From: Malacoraja senta
Lineage: Eukaryota
NCBI GenBank assembly: GCA_038087875.1
Contig: CM075993.1
Coordinates: 2,048,001 to 2,112,000, forward strand
DNA length: 64,000 nt
Reading direction: 5' to 3'
This document shows positions 11,524-23,854 of the stretch, piece by piece (within the stretch, counting starts at the first letter, position 1; every line of letters begins with the position of its first letter). The position numbers and the translations under genes are program-made. The notes under the pieces were generated by a model. It saw only the letters and a list, made by a program, of their open reading frames with translations, was not told the DNA's origin and searched no databases.

Positions 11524-12004
11524 ACGTTCTTTGTTTCTGCTACGAATGCAAGTCAGACACTGAAAATTCATTAAATTAAAATCGTTTTCTCTCCACACGA
11601 TACAAATGCATTACATTTTTAATGAACTTGAATCAGCAGCAATGAATCATTGGAATTTAAGCTTCTCAATTTGATCTGGACCCTACTGAGGAGTAGAACT
11701 TGCTCAAAGCAGGCAAACCTTGAAGTGACTTCACAGTGGAGCAGCAGAAACAAGGAACTGCAGATGCTGGTTTACAGAAAATGGCACAGAGTGCTGGAGC
11801 AACTCACCGGGTCAGGCAGCATCTCTGGAAAACTTGGAGAGGTGGCGTTTCGGGTCGGGAGTGGGTTCAATTTACAAACCATTATGTCTTGGGACTTGGG
11901 GAAAAAATCTGAGCACTCAGAAGAAAAACATATAAAGCAAATCCATAATTCTTAGCAAATCATTAAGATGATTATTGAATTTTTTCCCAATATATAACAA
12001 ATAT

Positions 12005-12735
12005 ATGTAGGTGGAGGGAACTGCAGATGCTGGTTTGCAGCGTTGGATTAACTGAGTGGGTCTGAAGAAGGGGTTTCCTGACCCGAAACGTCACCCGTCC
12101 ATGTTCTCCAGAGGTGCTGCCTGACCCGCTGAGTTACTCCAGCACTCTGTGAAACGTCACCTATCCATGTTCCGGCAGCATCTATAGAGCGAAGGAAATA
12201 GGCAACGTTTCGGTCCGAAACCCTTCCGGGTTTCGGCCCAAAACGTTGCCTATTTCCTTCAGGGTTTCGGCCCGAAAGGTTGCCCATTTCCTTCGCTCCA
12301 CAGATGCTGCCTGACCCGCTGAGTTACTCCAGCACTCTGTGAAACGTCACCTATCCATGTTCCGGCAGCATCTATAGAGCGAAGGAAATAGGCAACGTTT
12401 CGGTCCGAAACCCTTCCGGGTTTCGGCCCAAAACGTTGCCTATTTCCTTCAGGGTTTCGGCCCGAAAGGTTGCCCATTTCCTTCGCTCCACAGATGCTGC
12501 CTGACCCGCTGAGTTACTCCAGCACTCTGTGAAACGTCACCTATCCATGTTCTCCACAGATGCTGCCTGACCCGCTGAGTTACTCCAGCACTCTGTGAAA
12601 CGTCACCTATCCATGTTCTCCACAGATGCTGCCTGACCCGCTGAGTTACTCCAGCACTCTGTGAAACGTCACCTATCCATGTTCTCCACAGATGCTGCCT
12701 GACCCGCAGTTTCTCCAGAGCCTTGTGTCTTTTTT
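12005..12735. repeat. pLTR-derived tandem array, two 190-bp units and 66-bp units
   Basis: Unit starts at 12151, 12341, 12531, 12597, 12663; hammerhead-like core at 12062-12092 heads the array. Confidence 0.9.
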
Positions 12736-13213
12736 TAGAACTAGCGAATGCTTTTCAAAGATCATTCTCCGAGATGAACTCCATTGAATTTGAACTTTGT
12801 ACATCACCATAGCAACCGTTGGCAAATCACTCACAGGCCGGCTTTGTTTCCAATACACAGAGCAAAACTGGAACTTCAAATATCGAGAGCTTCCGAGCTT
12901 TGGGCTTCTCTGCTTCCTATGTTGAACTGAATTAAATTGAACACACGTGAAATCACAGTGAAATCCTTTGCTTGCTTAACCGAGGTATACAAATAGTGAC
13001 CACATAAAGGGCGCGGACAAAGTTACAAATTACACCCCCACCGGCACCAGGTCCCCCTTTTGTTCTCCCTCCCCCCCCCTCCCGCCTCCGTCGCACCGAC
13101 CCAGGCCCCGCCCGCGAGGCTCCAGCGCCGGCCCACGAGGCTCCAGCTGCGGCTTCTCAGCGGCACGCTATAGTCCCGGTCATTCCAGTGGTTCTCTGAT
13201 CTCGCTCCGACCT

Positions 13214-14157
13214 TAGATTAGAGATACAGCTCAGAAACAGGCCCTTGGGTCCGGGCCGACCAGCCCTCCCCGCACATTAACACTATCCTACGCACGCAAG
13301 CCAATTTTTGCTTCTACCTACGAACCTGCACGTCTTTGGTGTGTGGGAGGAAACCGAAGATCTCGGAGAAAACCCACGCAGGTCACCTGGGAGAACGTAC
13401 AAACTTGGTACAGTTGGGATCGAACCTTGGTCTCCGGCGCTTCAAGCGCTGTAAGGCGGTAACTCTACCGCTGAGCGACCGTGCGCCGTTCTTCAAAACC
13501 CTACTCCCATCCCCTTACACTTCATGGTCAAACACTCCAATGTCCACACAACGCCCATCATGACGGTTTGCTTCTCCAAGGTCCACATCCTCCAGTATCT
13601 CAGTCCTCTAATTGGGAAGTTGCACCTGCTTTAGACTTTAGACTTTAGAGATACAGCGCGGAAACAGGCCCTTCAGCCCACCGAGTCCACACCGACCAGC
13701 GATCGTCCCGGACACTAACACTATCCTACACACACTAGGAACAATTTACAATTTTACCGAAGCCCGTTTTCCTGCAAACCTGTAGGGAGGAAACTGGGGA
13801 ACCCGGGGAAAACCCACGCGGTCACAAGGAGAGCATACAAACTCCGCAAAGACAGCACCATTTGTCAGGATCAGAATAATGTTATTTTACCCTTTTACAG
13901 AACAGCTTAGTTTTAGAGTCCGCACCGACAAGCGATCACCCATTTACTAGTTGTATCCTACACCCTAGGGGATTTGCGGGAAGCCAATTAACCTACAAAC
14001 CTGCGCGTCTTTGGAATGTGGGAGGAAACCGGAGAAAACTCACGCCGTCTACGGGAGAACGTACAAACTCCGTACAGACAGCACCCGTAGTCAGGATCGA
14101 ATCCGGGTCTCTGGAGCTGTGAGGCAGCAACTCTACCGCTGTGCCACCGTGCCGCCT
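13214..14157 (-). mobile_element. Cluster of three V-SINE copies (about 13214-13487, 13630-13875, 13915-14157)
   Basis: Each shows SINE core and/or tail on the minus strand. Confidence 0.8.
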
Positions 14158-14554
14158 AACAGCTGGTTGGTCTTCAAGGGGTAATGTCTATAAGTTGATA
14201 GCTGTAAGCCACTGCAGGTAATTACTACTGGATGATAGCATGCACTTTAAATATCAACTGTCACACGCGGACAGATAAAATAGTGCATTTTATTTGTTCA
14301 TTCAGATGAAAGTTATTGGACATATTCTAAGTTAATTGAATTTCATGATGTTGCTCGATTCACAATGGAACCATCTATTGACATCAGTTGTTTTTGACAA
14401 TGTATCATGAGGTTTAAAGGGCAATGGAAATGAGAAAGATTTTTCACCAATGAAAGAATTTTCTGAATTTGGGAATGGGAGGATATTTCACAGAGCAACT
14501 TCTCGTTATTCCAGAAATAGTAACAATATCTCATAATGCCTTTTGACTGGATAT

Positions 14555-14840
14555 TGTTTCGTTTAGAGATACAGCGTGGAAACGGGACCTTTGGCCCCCC
14601 GAGTCCGCGCCTTCCAGCGATCGCCCGCACACCAGTTCTATTCTACACAATTTACAGAAGCCAAGTAACCTACAATCCCGCACGTCTTTGGGGTGTGGGA
14701 GGGAACCGGAGCACCCGGAGGGAACCCGCACGGTCACAGGGAGAACGTGCAAACTCCACGTGGACAGCACCCGAGGTCAGGATCGAACCTGGGTCACTGC
14801 AACTGTAAGGCAGCAGCTCTACTGCTGTGCTCCTGTGCCC
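14555..14840 (-). mobile_element. V-SINE
   Basis: Head, core and tail recognisable. Confidence 0.85.
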
Positions 14841-14943
14841 TTTTAAAGTGTTAAATCATAAGTCTATGTAAGAGTAGGTGAGGCAGAGAGAGGGTGGATT
14901 GTCACTATTTCGTGGAAATGTCTAGAGGCAATGGGTTTAAGTT

Positions 14944-15370
14944 CTCCGTGGATTGTCACCTTGTCGTGGTGGAGAAGCTTGTGTGGTCCTGAGATCCTGA
15001 GAGCGATGCTGTCTGGAGCGATGCTCCTGGTGGGGCCACCCATGGCGGTAAGGTCGAGGGGGAGGTCTGGTCTCTGACAAAGAGCGATCCAACCAAGACC
15101 TCAACGGTGGAACAGGCGGAGGACGATGGCTGACCTTAGTGGAGCGTCACAACGGCTGGGAAGGCGGATGAAGGCTGCAGCAGAAAAGGGACTCTGGTCG
15201 TCTTGGACTCCATGCCACTGGATCCTGACCCAGATCTGTCAAGGACCGTGGGGTGGCTGTCTGTGCACCAGTCTCCCCACGTTAAACAAAGTCACACACA
15301 GGCGTCCTCCATAGAGGGAATAGCACCCTGGAGACACCCATGGTCAGCCACGACAGAAGGGGGCCTAAGA
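14944..15370 (+). mobile_element. Non-autonomous bipartite RTE-derived element (family A, copy 1)
   Basis: CACCTTGTCGTGGTGGAG...GGGCCACCCATGGCGG...CTGACAAAGAGCGATCCA resembles RTE/Bov-B-type 5' UTRs, joined to an RTE-like 3' end; second copy at 30885-31586. Confidence 0.7.
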
Positions 15371-15539
15371 AATAAGAAGGGTTTAAGTTGAGAGGAGGAA
15401 CGATTTTAAAAGAGTTTGCAAGGCAAGTTTACTTACACAGGGAGAGGTATGTATCTGGTCTGCACTGCCAGGTATGTGGTGGAAGCAGACCTAAGAGAAA
15501 TGTTTAAGAGGCATTTAGACAGACACATGAACAGGCAAA

Positions 15540-15780
15540 GTAAGTAAGTAAGTAAGTAAGTTTATTGGCCAAGTATTCACATACAAGGAATTTGCCTTGG
15601 TGCTCCGCCCACAAGTGACAACATGACATACAGTGACAGTTACGGATGACTCAGAAAACACTAAACATTAATAATAATAAAACATTAATGATAAAACACC
15701 ATTGATCAAGCATGTGAACCAACAAAATACAGATTTTTGGCTGTTGAGTAGAGCAACTACTCGTGGATAAAAACTGTTTG
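15540..15780 (-). mobile_element. Rex1/Babar 3' UTR fragment
   Basis: Reverse complement of the 61830-62080 tail; AAGT-repeat end. Confidence 0.7.
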
Positions 15781-15872
15781 GATGGCGCAAAGGATGGAGT
15801 AATATGCACTGTGCAGGCAGATACAGTATGCTGGGCCACAGGGGTACAATACTATGTTCTATTTTCTATGTT

Positions 15873-16235
15873 AGGGTGGCACAGTGGCGCAGTGGTAGAG
15901 TTGCAGCCTCACAGCACCAGAGACCCGGAATTGATCCTGCCTGTACGGAGTTTGCACGTTCATCCTGTGACTGCGTGGGGTTTTCTCCGCCTGCTCCAGT
16001 TTCCTCCCACACTCCGAAGTCGTGCAGGTTTGTAGGTTCATTTGGCTTTTTGTAAATTGTCAATGAAATTTCAATGTATTTCTGAATGAATTGGCGTACA
16101 TGAATTATAGGTGAATTGGCGTCAGTAAAAATTGTAAACTGTCCCTAGTGTGTGTAGGATAGTGCTAGTGTATGGGGATCGCTGGTCGACGTGGGCCAAA
16201 CAACCTGTTTTCACGCTGTATCTCTTAAAGTCTAA
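15873..16235 (+). mobile_element. V-SINE
   Basis: Head, core and tail; a MITE is inserted in the tail. Confidence 0.8.
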
Positions 16236-16420
16236 AGGGCCTGTCCTACTTGGCCGTCATTTGCGCGTCACGCAGATGGCGAGCGAAGATTTTGTACATC
16301 ACAAAATCCTGGGACGCCGCGCGCATCACGTGCGTGTCATGATGCGCTCGTCGTGCGTCGTGACGCGTAAATGATGACACGTAAATTACGCGCAAATGGC
16401 GGCCAAGTGGGACAGGCCCT
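16236..16420. mobile_element. Harbinger-type MITE (185 bp)
   Basis: TIRs AGGGCCTGTCCTACTTGGCC / GGCCAAGTGGGACAGGCCCT; flanks TAA/TTA. Confidence 0.8.
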
Positions 16421-17509
16421 TTAAGTTCAAGCTCAATATTGATGAAATGTCAATGTATTTGTGTACGGGGATCGCTGGTCGGCGCGGACCCGGTGGGCCG
16501 AAAGGCCTGTTTCCGTGTTGTATCTCCAAACTAAACTGACCTGAACTAAACCTCTGATGCTGCACTCTGCCAGCAGACTGTGGCCATGTTGGGGAAGTGA
16601 TTGAGGGCCACAGGAGACCTCTGGCATGCCGCCCCTTTCAGTCTGTTTGCTATTTCTCAGCTGTTCTGTTGAGATTTGCATTAAGTTGATCCTATCCGTC
16701 TGTGAGTCGAACGTCTGCTGGCTTGGCTGAAGCTCCCATCTCCAACAGCCCATTCGCTGCCCTGTGCAAATGTTGCAGATGTTGCCTTCTATGCATCTGG
16801 ACCAATAAGCAGGAATAGAAAGCTGAGAGGCTGAAGCGGATTTTTATCATTTTGCGAGATTAAAGCACGTATGTTGTACTGTGTAAGATTACACGTATGA
16901 TTACATGCCCCTAAATGGAGACAGAACCCTTCTGTAAGTATGTATGTATACAAGAGAGAGTTAGATTTAGCTCGTAAGGCAAACTGAATCAAGAGATATG
17001 GGGAGAAAGCAGGAAGAGGGTACTGATTTTGGATGATCAGGTATGATCATATTGAATGGCGGTGCTGGCTCAAAGGGGCCGAATGGCCTACTCCTACTCC
17101 TGCATCTATATTCTATGTTTCTATGGTTCTAGTGTTGTCAACCAACTCTCATGAGAAACGTCATACATTCATCCTCAGAGTTAATTATCCTCACTATTAA
17201 TTCCAGCATATATATATATATATATTAATATCCTCAGAAAACATCTGAACTCTTGAGTGGATGCTGGATTTTAAAAGTGCTAGAAAAATTTCCCTGCACC
17301 GTGGTGCAGCGACAGAGTTACTGCCTCACAGGATCAGAGACATGGGTTAGATTCTGTGACCACATGGGTTTTCTCCAGGTGCTCCGGTTTCCCTCCACCT
17401 TCCAAAGACGTACAGGTTTGTAGGTTAATTGGCTTTGGAACAATTTGTACATTGTCCCTAGTGTGTAGCATATCAAATTTGTGTATGGCATCCAATTTGA
17501 CTATGTCCA

Positions 17510-18073
17510 TAAGTTCAGAAGTGATAGGAGCATAATTTGGCCATTCGGCCCATCGGGTCTATGCCACCATTCAATCGTGGCTGATCTATCTCATTCTCCT
17601 AACCCCATTCTCCTGCCTTCTCCCCATAACCCCTGACACCCGCACTAATCGAGAATCTATCTATCTCTGCCTTAAAAATATCCACTGACTTGGCCTCCAC
17701 AGCCTTCTGTGGCAAAGAATTCCACAGATTCCACAGATTAAAAATAGCAGAGTCGGGGGATATGGGGAGAAGGCAGGAACGGGGTACTGATTGGGGATGA
17801 TCAGCCATGATCACATTGAATGGCGGTGCTGGCTCGAAGGGCCAAATGGCCAACTCCTGCACCTATTGTCTATTGTCTATTGTCTATTCACCACCCTCTG
17901 ACAAATGAAATTCCTCCTCATCTCCTTCCTAAAAGAACGTCCTTTAATTCTGAGGCTGTGACCTCTAGTCCTAGAATCTCCCCCTAGTGGAAACATCCTC
18001 CCCACATCCACTGCATCCAAGCCTTTCACTATTCCGTATGTTTCAATGAGGTCCCCCCTCATTCGTCTAAATG
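17510..18073 (-). mobile_element. CR1 3' fragment with a nested opposite-strand CR1 tail (about 17740-17886)
   Basis: Minus-strand ORFs 17877-18062 and 17599-17862 are CR1 C-terminal peptide; the nested piece ends in TATTGTC repeats. Confidence 0.8.
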
Positions 18074-18702
18074 CTAATCTGCCAACCCTCCCACTAACTC
18101 TTTACTCAAAGATATCCTAATATCTGAAATCGAGTCCCTTAATCTCGCAACCAAAGTCATCTATTCACTATTAATTGGTGCCCTCCCTTATATCACTCAT
18201 TTACAGGTGCCCGCTGCTAATTCCCCTGTGTCCTGGTGATTTCAATCAACTGATTATGATTATTATGTGTAGTACGTGTATTACGAGTCTAACGTGTATC
18301 ATGTTGAAATTGGCTTTTGATTTTTTAATTTATGTATGTGCATATATGTTATGTATTTTTCTTTTCTTCTTTTTTTAATCGTTCGGAATAAAAGATATAA
18401 CAATAATGAAAGATACAATAATACAAAAAAAAAATAATAATTACAATTCTTTTCAATAGAAAGAAAATCCTTCTTTCAACTATTTGACCCACTTCAGTGT
18501 GTTCGTGATAAATCTCCCGAGAAGTCACAGGGACACTTTGGAGTCCATAAAATTATTTATTAAAGTCATAAATTGCAGGAAGGATATTAGTACTCCGGGC
18601 AAGTTGTCCACAATGAATGCATAATGAGAAAAGAGTCTAATGCTCGCATAAAGGACAAAGTTGGAGACTTGATCATGTTCAGATCTGTAGTTAAGATCTA
18701 AG

Positions 18703-19397
18703 GTAGACAAAAATGATGGAGAAACTCAGCGGGTGAGGCAGCATCTATGGAGCGAAGGAATAGGTGACGTTTCGGGTCGAGACCCGGAAGGGTCTCGACC
18801 CGAAACGTCACCTATTCCTTCGCTCCATAGATGCTTCCTGGTCTCGACCTGAAACCTCACCTATTCCTTCGCTCCATAGATGCTTCCTGGTCTCGACCCG
18901 AAACCTCACCTATTCCTTCGCTCCATAGATGCTTCCTGGTCTCGACCCGAAACGTCACCTATTCCTTCGCTCCGTAGATGCTTCCTGGTCCCGACCCGAA
19001 ACGTCACCTATTCCTTTGCTCCATAGATGCTTCCTGGTCTCGACCCGAAACGTCACCTATTCCTTCACTCCATAGATGCTTCCTGGTCTCAACCCGAAAC
19101 ATCACCTATTCCTTCGCTCCATAGATGCTTCCTGGTCTCGACCCGAAACGTCACCTATTCCTTCGCTCCATAGATGCTTCCTGGTCTCGACCCGAAACCT
19201 CACCTATTCCTTCGCTCCATAGATGCTTCCTGGTCTCGACCCGAAACGTCACCTATTCCTTCACTTCATAGATGCTTCCTGGTCTCGACCCGAAACCTCA
19301 CCTATTCCTTCGCTCCATAGACGCTGCCTCACCCGTTGAGTTCTCCAGCAATTTTGTCGACCTTCGATTTTTCCAGCATCTGCAGTTCTTTCTTACA
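18703..19397. mobile_element. pLTR fold-back element containing an 11 x 49-bp tandem array
   Basis: Units from 18791 to 19281 at 49-bp spacing; TSD AGTTAAGATCTAAG at 18689-18702 and 19398-19411. Confidence 0.9.
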
Positions 19398-19459
19398 AGT
19401 TAAGATCTAAGTTTCACTTTGGCCCACCTTGTCCACTTTTGCCCACCTACACGAGGTCC

Positions 19460-19672
19460 TACACACACTAGGGGCAATTTACAATTTTATCGAAGCCAAT
19501 TAACCTACAAACCTGTGCGTCTTTGGAGTGCGGGAGGAAACCGGAGCACCCGGAGAAAACCCACGCAGGTCATGACGAGAACGTACAAACTCCGCACACA
19601 CAACGCCCATGGTCAGGATGGAACCCGGGTTCTGGCGCTGTGAGGCAGCAGCTCCACCCGCTGCGCCATGTG
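19460..19672 (-). mobile_element. V-SINE
   Basis: Core and head on the minus strand. Confidence 0.8.
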
Positions 19673-19739
19673 CAACGTGGACTATCATATACAGGTGACA
19701 GAACATCATTCCATCATTCTACGCATCTCATATCATTAC

Positions 19740-20180
19740 AAGATTCAGAGAGTTTATTGTCATGTGTCCCAGATAGGACAATGAAATTCTTGGTTTGCTT
19801 CAGCACAACAGAATATAGACGCATGACTACAGAACAGATCAGTGTGTCCATGTACCATTGTATAAATATATACACACATGGATAAATAAACAGATAAAGT
19901 GCAAATAAACAGATAATGGGCTATTAATGTTCAGAGTTTTGTTTGAGTTGAGTTTAATAGCCTGATGGCTGTGGGGAAGCAGCTATTCCTGAACCTGGAT
20001 GTTGCAGTCTTCAGGCTCCTGTACCTTCTGTATCTGTACCTGCACAGGGACCACACTTACTAAACATTTCAATGGTTTGGGAAATCTTGAGATCAAGAAA
20101 ATTGTCACGCTAGTAAGTGCTCCCGCTCTTGCGAAACTTTAACACAAGTAGAATGCTTCATTAAATGCCACGGTAGAGTC
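19740..20180 (-). mobile_element. Rex1 3' end fused to unknown sequence (copy 2)
   Basis: Rex1 tail plus the same ~150 bp as at 6050-6200. Confidence 0.75.
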
Positions 20181-20243
20181 GCATAGTTGTCCATGGGCTG
20201 GGTGCTGCATAAGCACAGCCATCAATCTGATTGAAAAATAATT

Positions 20244-20372
20244 GGGGTGGGAGATTGCAACCTCCACGTGGTCCGACGAATGCAATCAACCCGGCGAGCA
20301 CAGTCAAATATGATCAAATAGAACAAGTTGTCCGACAACTTTACGCTGTGCACGCCATACGCACGAAGAAGG
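20244..20372 (+). repeat. Possible LINE 3' end (Ingi/Vingi-like tail)
   Basis: Ends GCACGCCATACGCACGAAGAAG. Single copy in window; assignment is from tail resemblance only. Confidence 0.3.
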
Positions 20373-20799
20373 AGAAACATAATTACGGTGGTAGTTGCAT
20401 TCAAACAGTGAAAGCAGGAAGTTAAACATGTTAACTGTGGCGTTATAAACATAAGATGTGATACTATTCCAGCGCATCAGGTGTCAACTTCAGATGAAAT
20501 GATTGCACCTCTTAACCTGTTGTGTGTTGACATGTCACAATTCACAGTGTCAGTTCTGTGGCTAACAACGCCAGACCCTCTGTCTCAGTATGGATTGAAA
20601 CCCTCACTTATTCCTGGCATAATTGCAACAAAGAGAATAAGATCTCTTGCATTTTTGCGGAGCTGTGAGGAGCGATATGCACGATTTGTGTGCAATAATT
20701 GACGGCGTCAGAATCGGCCACACAGCGGAACAGATTTGTAATCCCCTCTGTGACCAAAATGAGGCCATTTGATGTCAGCCGGAGACCACTGCAATCTTC

Positions 20800-21158
20800 A
20801 GCCCCTGTCCCACTGTACGAGGTAATTCAAGAGTTCTCCCCGGTTTTCCCCTGATTCGAACTCGGAGAATGTCCTAAGCTGGTCCGTAGGAGTACGTGGA
20901 TGTCTCGTAGCGGCTCGTACGAGTAAAGTAACCAGGTTTTTTCATCGGACAAGTGATTTTTTTACTCGTCCATCCATGACAAAAATGTCCACGAGTAAAA
21001 AAATACTTGTGATGAAAAAAATGGTTACTTTTTACTCGTACGAGCCGCTACGAGACATCCACGTACTCCTACGGACCCGCTACGGACATTCTCCGAGTTC
21101 GAATCAGGGGAAAACCCGGGGGAACTCTTGAATTACCTCGTACAGTGGGACAGGGGCT
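20800..21158. mobile_element. Harbinger-type MITE, almost fully palindromic (359 bp)
   Basis: TIRs AGCCCCTGTCCCACTG / CAGTGGGACAGGGGCT; 3-bp TSD TTC on both sides. Confidence 0.9.
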
Positions 21159-21216
21159 TTCCTCCCAAGCCTGGGTCATATGTTGCAAATTCTGGAATGG
21201 CTTTACTTGGCAGGTC

Positions 21217-21435
21217 ATAGAGTGATACGCCGTGGAAACAGGCCCTTCGGCCCAACTTGCCCACACCAGCCAACAATGTCCCAGCTACACTAGTCCCACC
21301 TGCCCGCATTTGGCCCATATCCCTCCAGACCTGTCCTATCCATGTACCTGTCTAACTGTTTCTTAAACATTGGGATAATCCCTGCCTCAACTACCTCCTC
21401 CGGCAGCTTTTTCCATACACCCACCACCCTTTGTA
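21217..21435 (-). mobile_element. CR1 3' fragment (second subfamily)
   Basis: Similar to 41848-42200; tail resembles the SINE tail (GAAGGGCCTGTTTCC). Confidence 0.75.
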
Positions 21436-21459
21436 TAAACAGGCTACCCTGTTGTAATT

Positions 21460-22145
21460 TGGGATGTCGTAGGTGCTGTCGTAGGTTGTCGCCAGGTTAA
21501 CATAGGTTGTCACCGGTAGACAAAAATGCTGGAGAAACTCAGCGGGTGAGGCAACTTCTATGGAGTGAAGGAATAGGTGACGTTTCGGGTCGAGACCAGG
21601 AAGCATCTATGGAGCGAAGGAATAGGTGACGTTTCGGGTCGAGACCAGGAAGCATCTATGGAGTGAAGGAATAGGTAACGTTTCGGGTCGAGACCAGGAA
21701 ACATCTATGGAGTGAAGGAATAAGTGACGTTTCGGGTCGAGACCCTTCCGGGTCTCGACCCGAAACGTCACCTATTCCTTCGCTCCATAGATGCTGCCTC
21801 ACCCGCTGAGTTTCTCCAGCATTTTTGTCTACCTTCGATTTTCCAGCATCTGCAGTTCCTTCTTAAACAATAGGTTGTCGCTGGTGTTTAAGAAGGAACT
21901 GCAGATGCTGGAAAATCGAAGGTAGACAAAAATGCTGGAGAAACTCAGCGGGTGCAGCAGCATCTATGGAGCGAAGGAAATAGGCAACGTTTCGGCTCGA
22001 AACGTTGCCTATTTCCTTCGCTCCATAGATGCTGCTGCACCCGCTGAGTTTCTCCAGCAGGTTGTCGCTGGTGCTGACTTCGATGCATTCCATTGTCCTA
22101 GTCGCTGGCAGTCGCCTAAAAACTCGCCTAAGTGGGACAGGCCCA
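21460..22145. mobile_element. Harbinger-type MITE right part, interrupted by two pLTR fold-back elements (21516-21870, 21887-22058)
   Basis: Ends CCTAAGTGGGACAGGCCC; interior resembles 26202-26602 in reverse; TSD AGGTTGTCGCTGGTG at 21872-21886 and 22059-22073. Confidence 0.75.
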
Positions 22146-22654
22146 TGACTCTCTGACTCTGACATGCCCCAGCATCACCTTTGTTGCTTTAGCCTCGATG
22201 CTATTTTTCATCGAGCGAATCCCTGTGAAGAGCGTCAGAGATTGTCCTTGCCACAGTGACACATCAAATGGATGTAGTTATTAAAATGTTCCCCGGCGGC
22301 CAGCAATAAATATTTACAGAAAATTATTGCACAAGCCCGCGTTTCAAAAGACAATCACAGCTCATTCTAAAACCCATGAAGTGGGGAAGTGGCGTTAGTT
22401 TCCAGACTCCCATCACTTGAGACTTCTGAAGTTCAGGTGCAAAACCATGCAATTACAATTTGATAATTAAAGCAATTATTAAGCATAATAATGTTAAATC
22501 ACCAAACACGATACATGTTTCCAAAGATCAAACCGATCTCAATTTGAAACACAGTAATTAAGCCTGGCAGTGCTTCTCGATGTACAGAACATGTTTTCGG
22601 GCTCATTAATAGAGAATAATTGAAGTCTTCACCAGAAGATAACACATCGTAGAT

Positions 22655-22953
22655 GAGGTCACGTCGGGGGGAGTTCCCCCCGGCCACGGGTACCATGTAA
22701 TCCCGTGCTACCCGCTCCATGGTCGGATAGTCGGCGACTAAACCGTCTTCCCCACCTGGTCTGCCAGGTGTGGAGGGGGCTGTGGACCCCCAAACCTACA
22801 AACCTACAAACCTACAAACCAGGACCAAAAACAAGACCTGGCAAAGGGCGGATGAGCTCCCAGCGAGCCAACGGCCATCCACACTTCAGTAGAAGTTGCG
22901 ATCACTGTCGTACGTAGCATTGTAAGGCACCGTGCCCGTTGATGTTTTCAACA
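22655..22953 (+). mobile_element. Probable non-coding retroposon whose tail seeded the GAT array
   Basis: GC-rich ~300 bp segment in AT-rich context, running directly into (GAT)n; family not identified. Confidence 0.35.
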
Positions 22954-22986
<33 letters not shown>

Positions 22987-23059
22987 CTGATGATGATGAT
23001 GCTGATGATGATGCTGATGATGATGATGATGATGATGATGCTGATGATGATGATGATGC

Positions 23060-23118
<59 letters not shown>

Positions 23119-23137
23119 CTGATGATGATGATGATGC

Positions 23138-23187
<50 letters not shown>

Positions 23188-23228
23188 CTGATGATGATGA
23201 TGATGATGATGATGAAGATGAAGATGAA

Positions 23229-23262
<34 letters not shown>

Positions 23263-23263
23263 C

Positions 23264-23304
<41 letters not shown>

Positions 23305-23323
23305 CTGATGATGATGATGATGC

Positions 23324-23364
<41 letters not shown>

Positions 23365-23405
23365 CTGATGATGATGATGATGATGATGATGAAGATGAAG
23401 ATGAA

Positions 23406-23439
<34 letters not shown>

Positions 23440-23458
23440 CTGATGATGATGATGATGC

Positions 23459-23499
<41 letters not shown>

Positions 23500-23500
23500 C

Positions 23501-23541
<41 letters not shown>

Positions 23542-23572
23542 CTGATGCTGATGATGATGATGATGATGATGC

Positions 23573-23658
<86 letters not shown>

Positions 23659-23735
23659 CTGATGATGATGATGATGATGATGATGAAGATGAAGATGAAG
23701 ATGAAGATGAAGATGAAGATGAAGATGAAGATGAT
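22954..23735. repeat. (GAT)n trinucleotide microsatellite, ~780 bp, with GCT and GAA variants
   Basis: Directly visible. Confidence 0.98.
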
Positions 23736-23854
23736 AGAAGAGATCATTGTAATTTTTTTTGATAAATTACTCTCATTGGATTAAATGGAAACAGCATAGC
23801 TTGAACATTAATTAAAGAATGTGTCTAATTACTATTGATACTTTGAAAAGTTAT

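Noticed and set aside
18075..18440. Possible L1 3' UTR with A-rich tail
   Set aside because: No TSD or coding remnant to support the call.
18791..19325. Regular short repeats resembling a CRISPR array (also 10590-11160 and 12090-12710)
   Set aside because: Head-to-tail units without unique spacers, no cas genes, vertebrate context.
22902..23784. Poly-Asp, poly-Met and poly-Ile ORFs of about 280 aa
   Set aside because: Readings of the (GAT)n microsatellite; no coding evidence.
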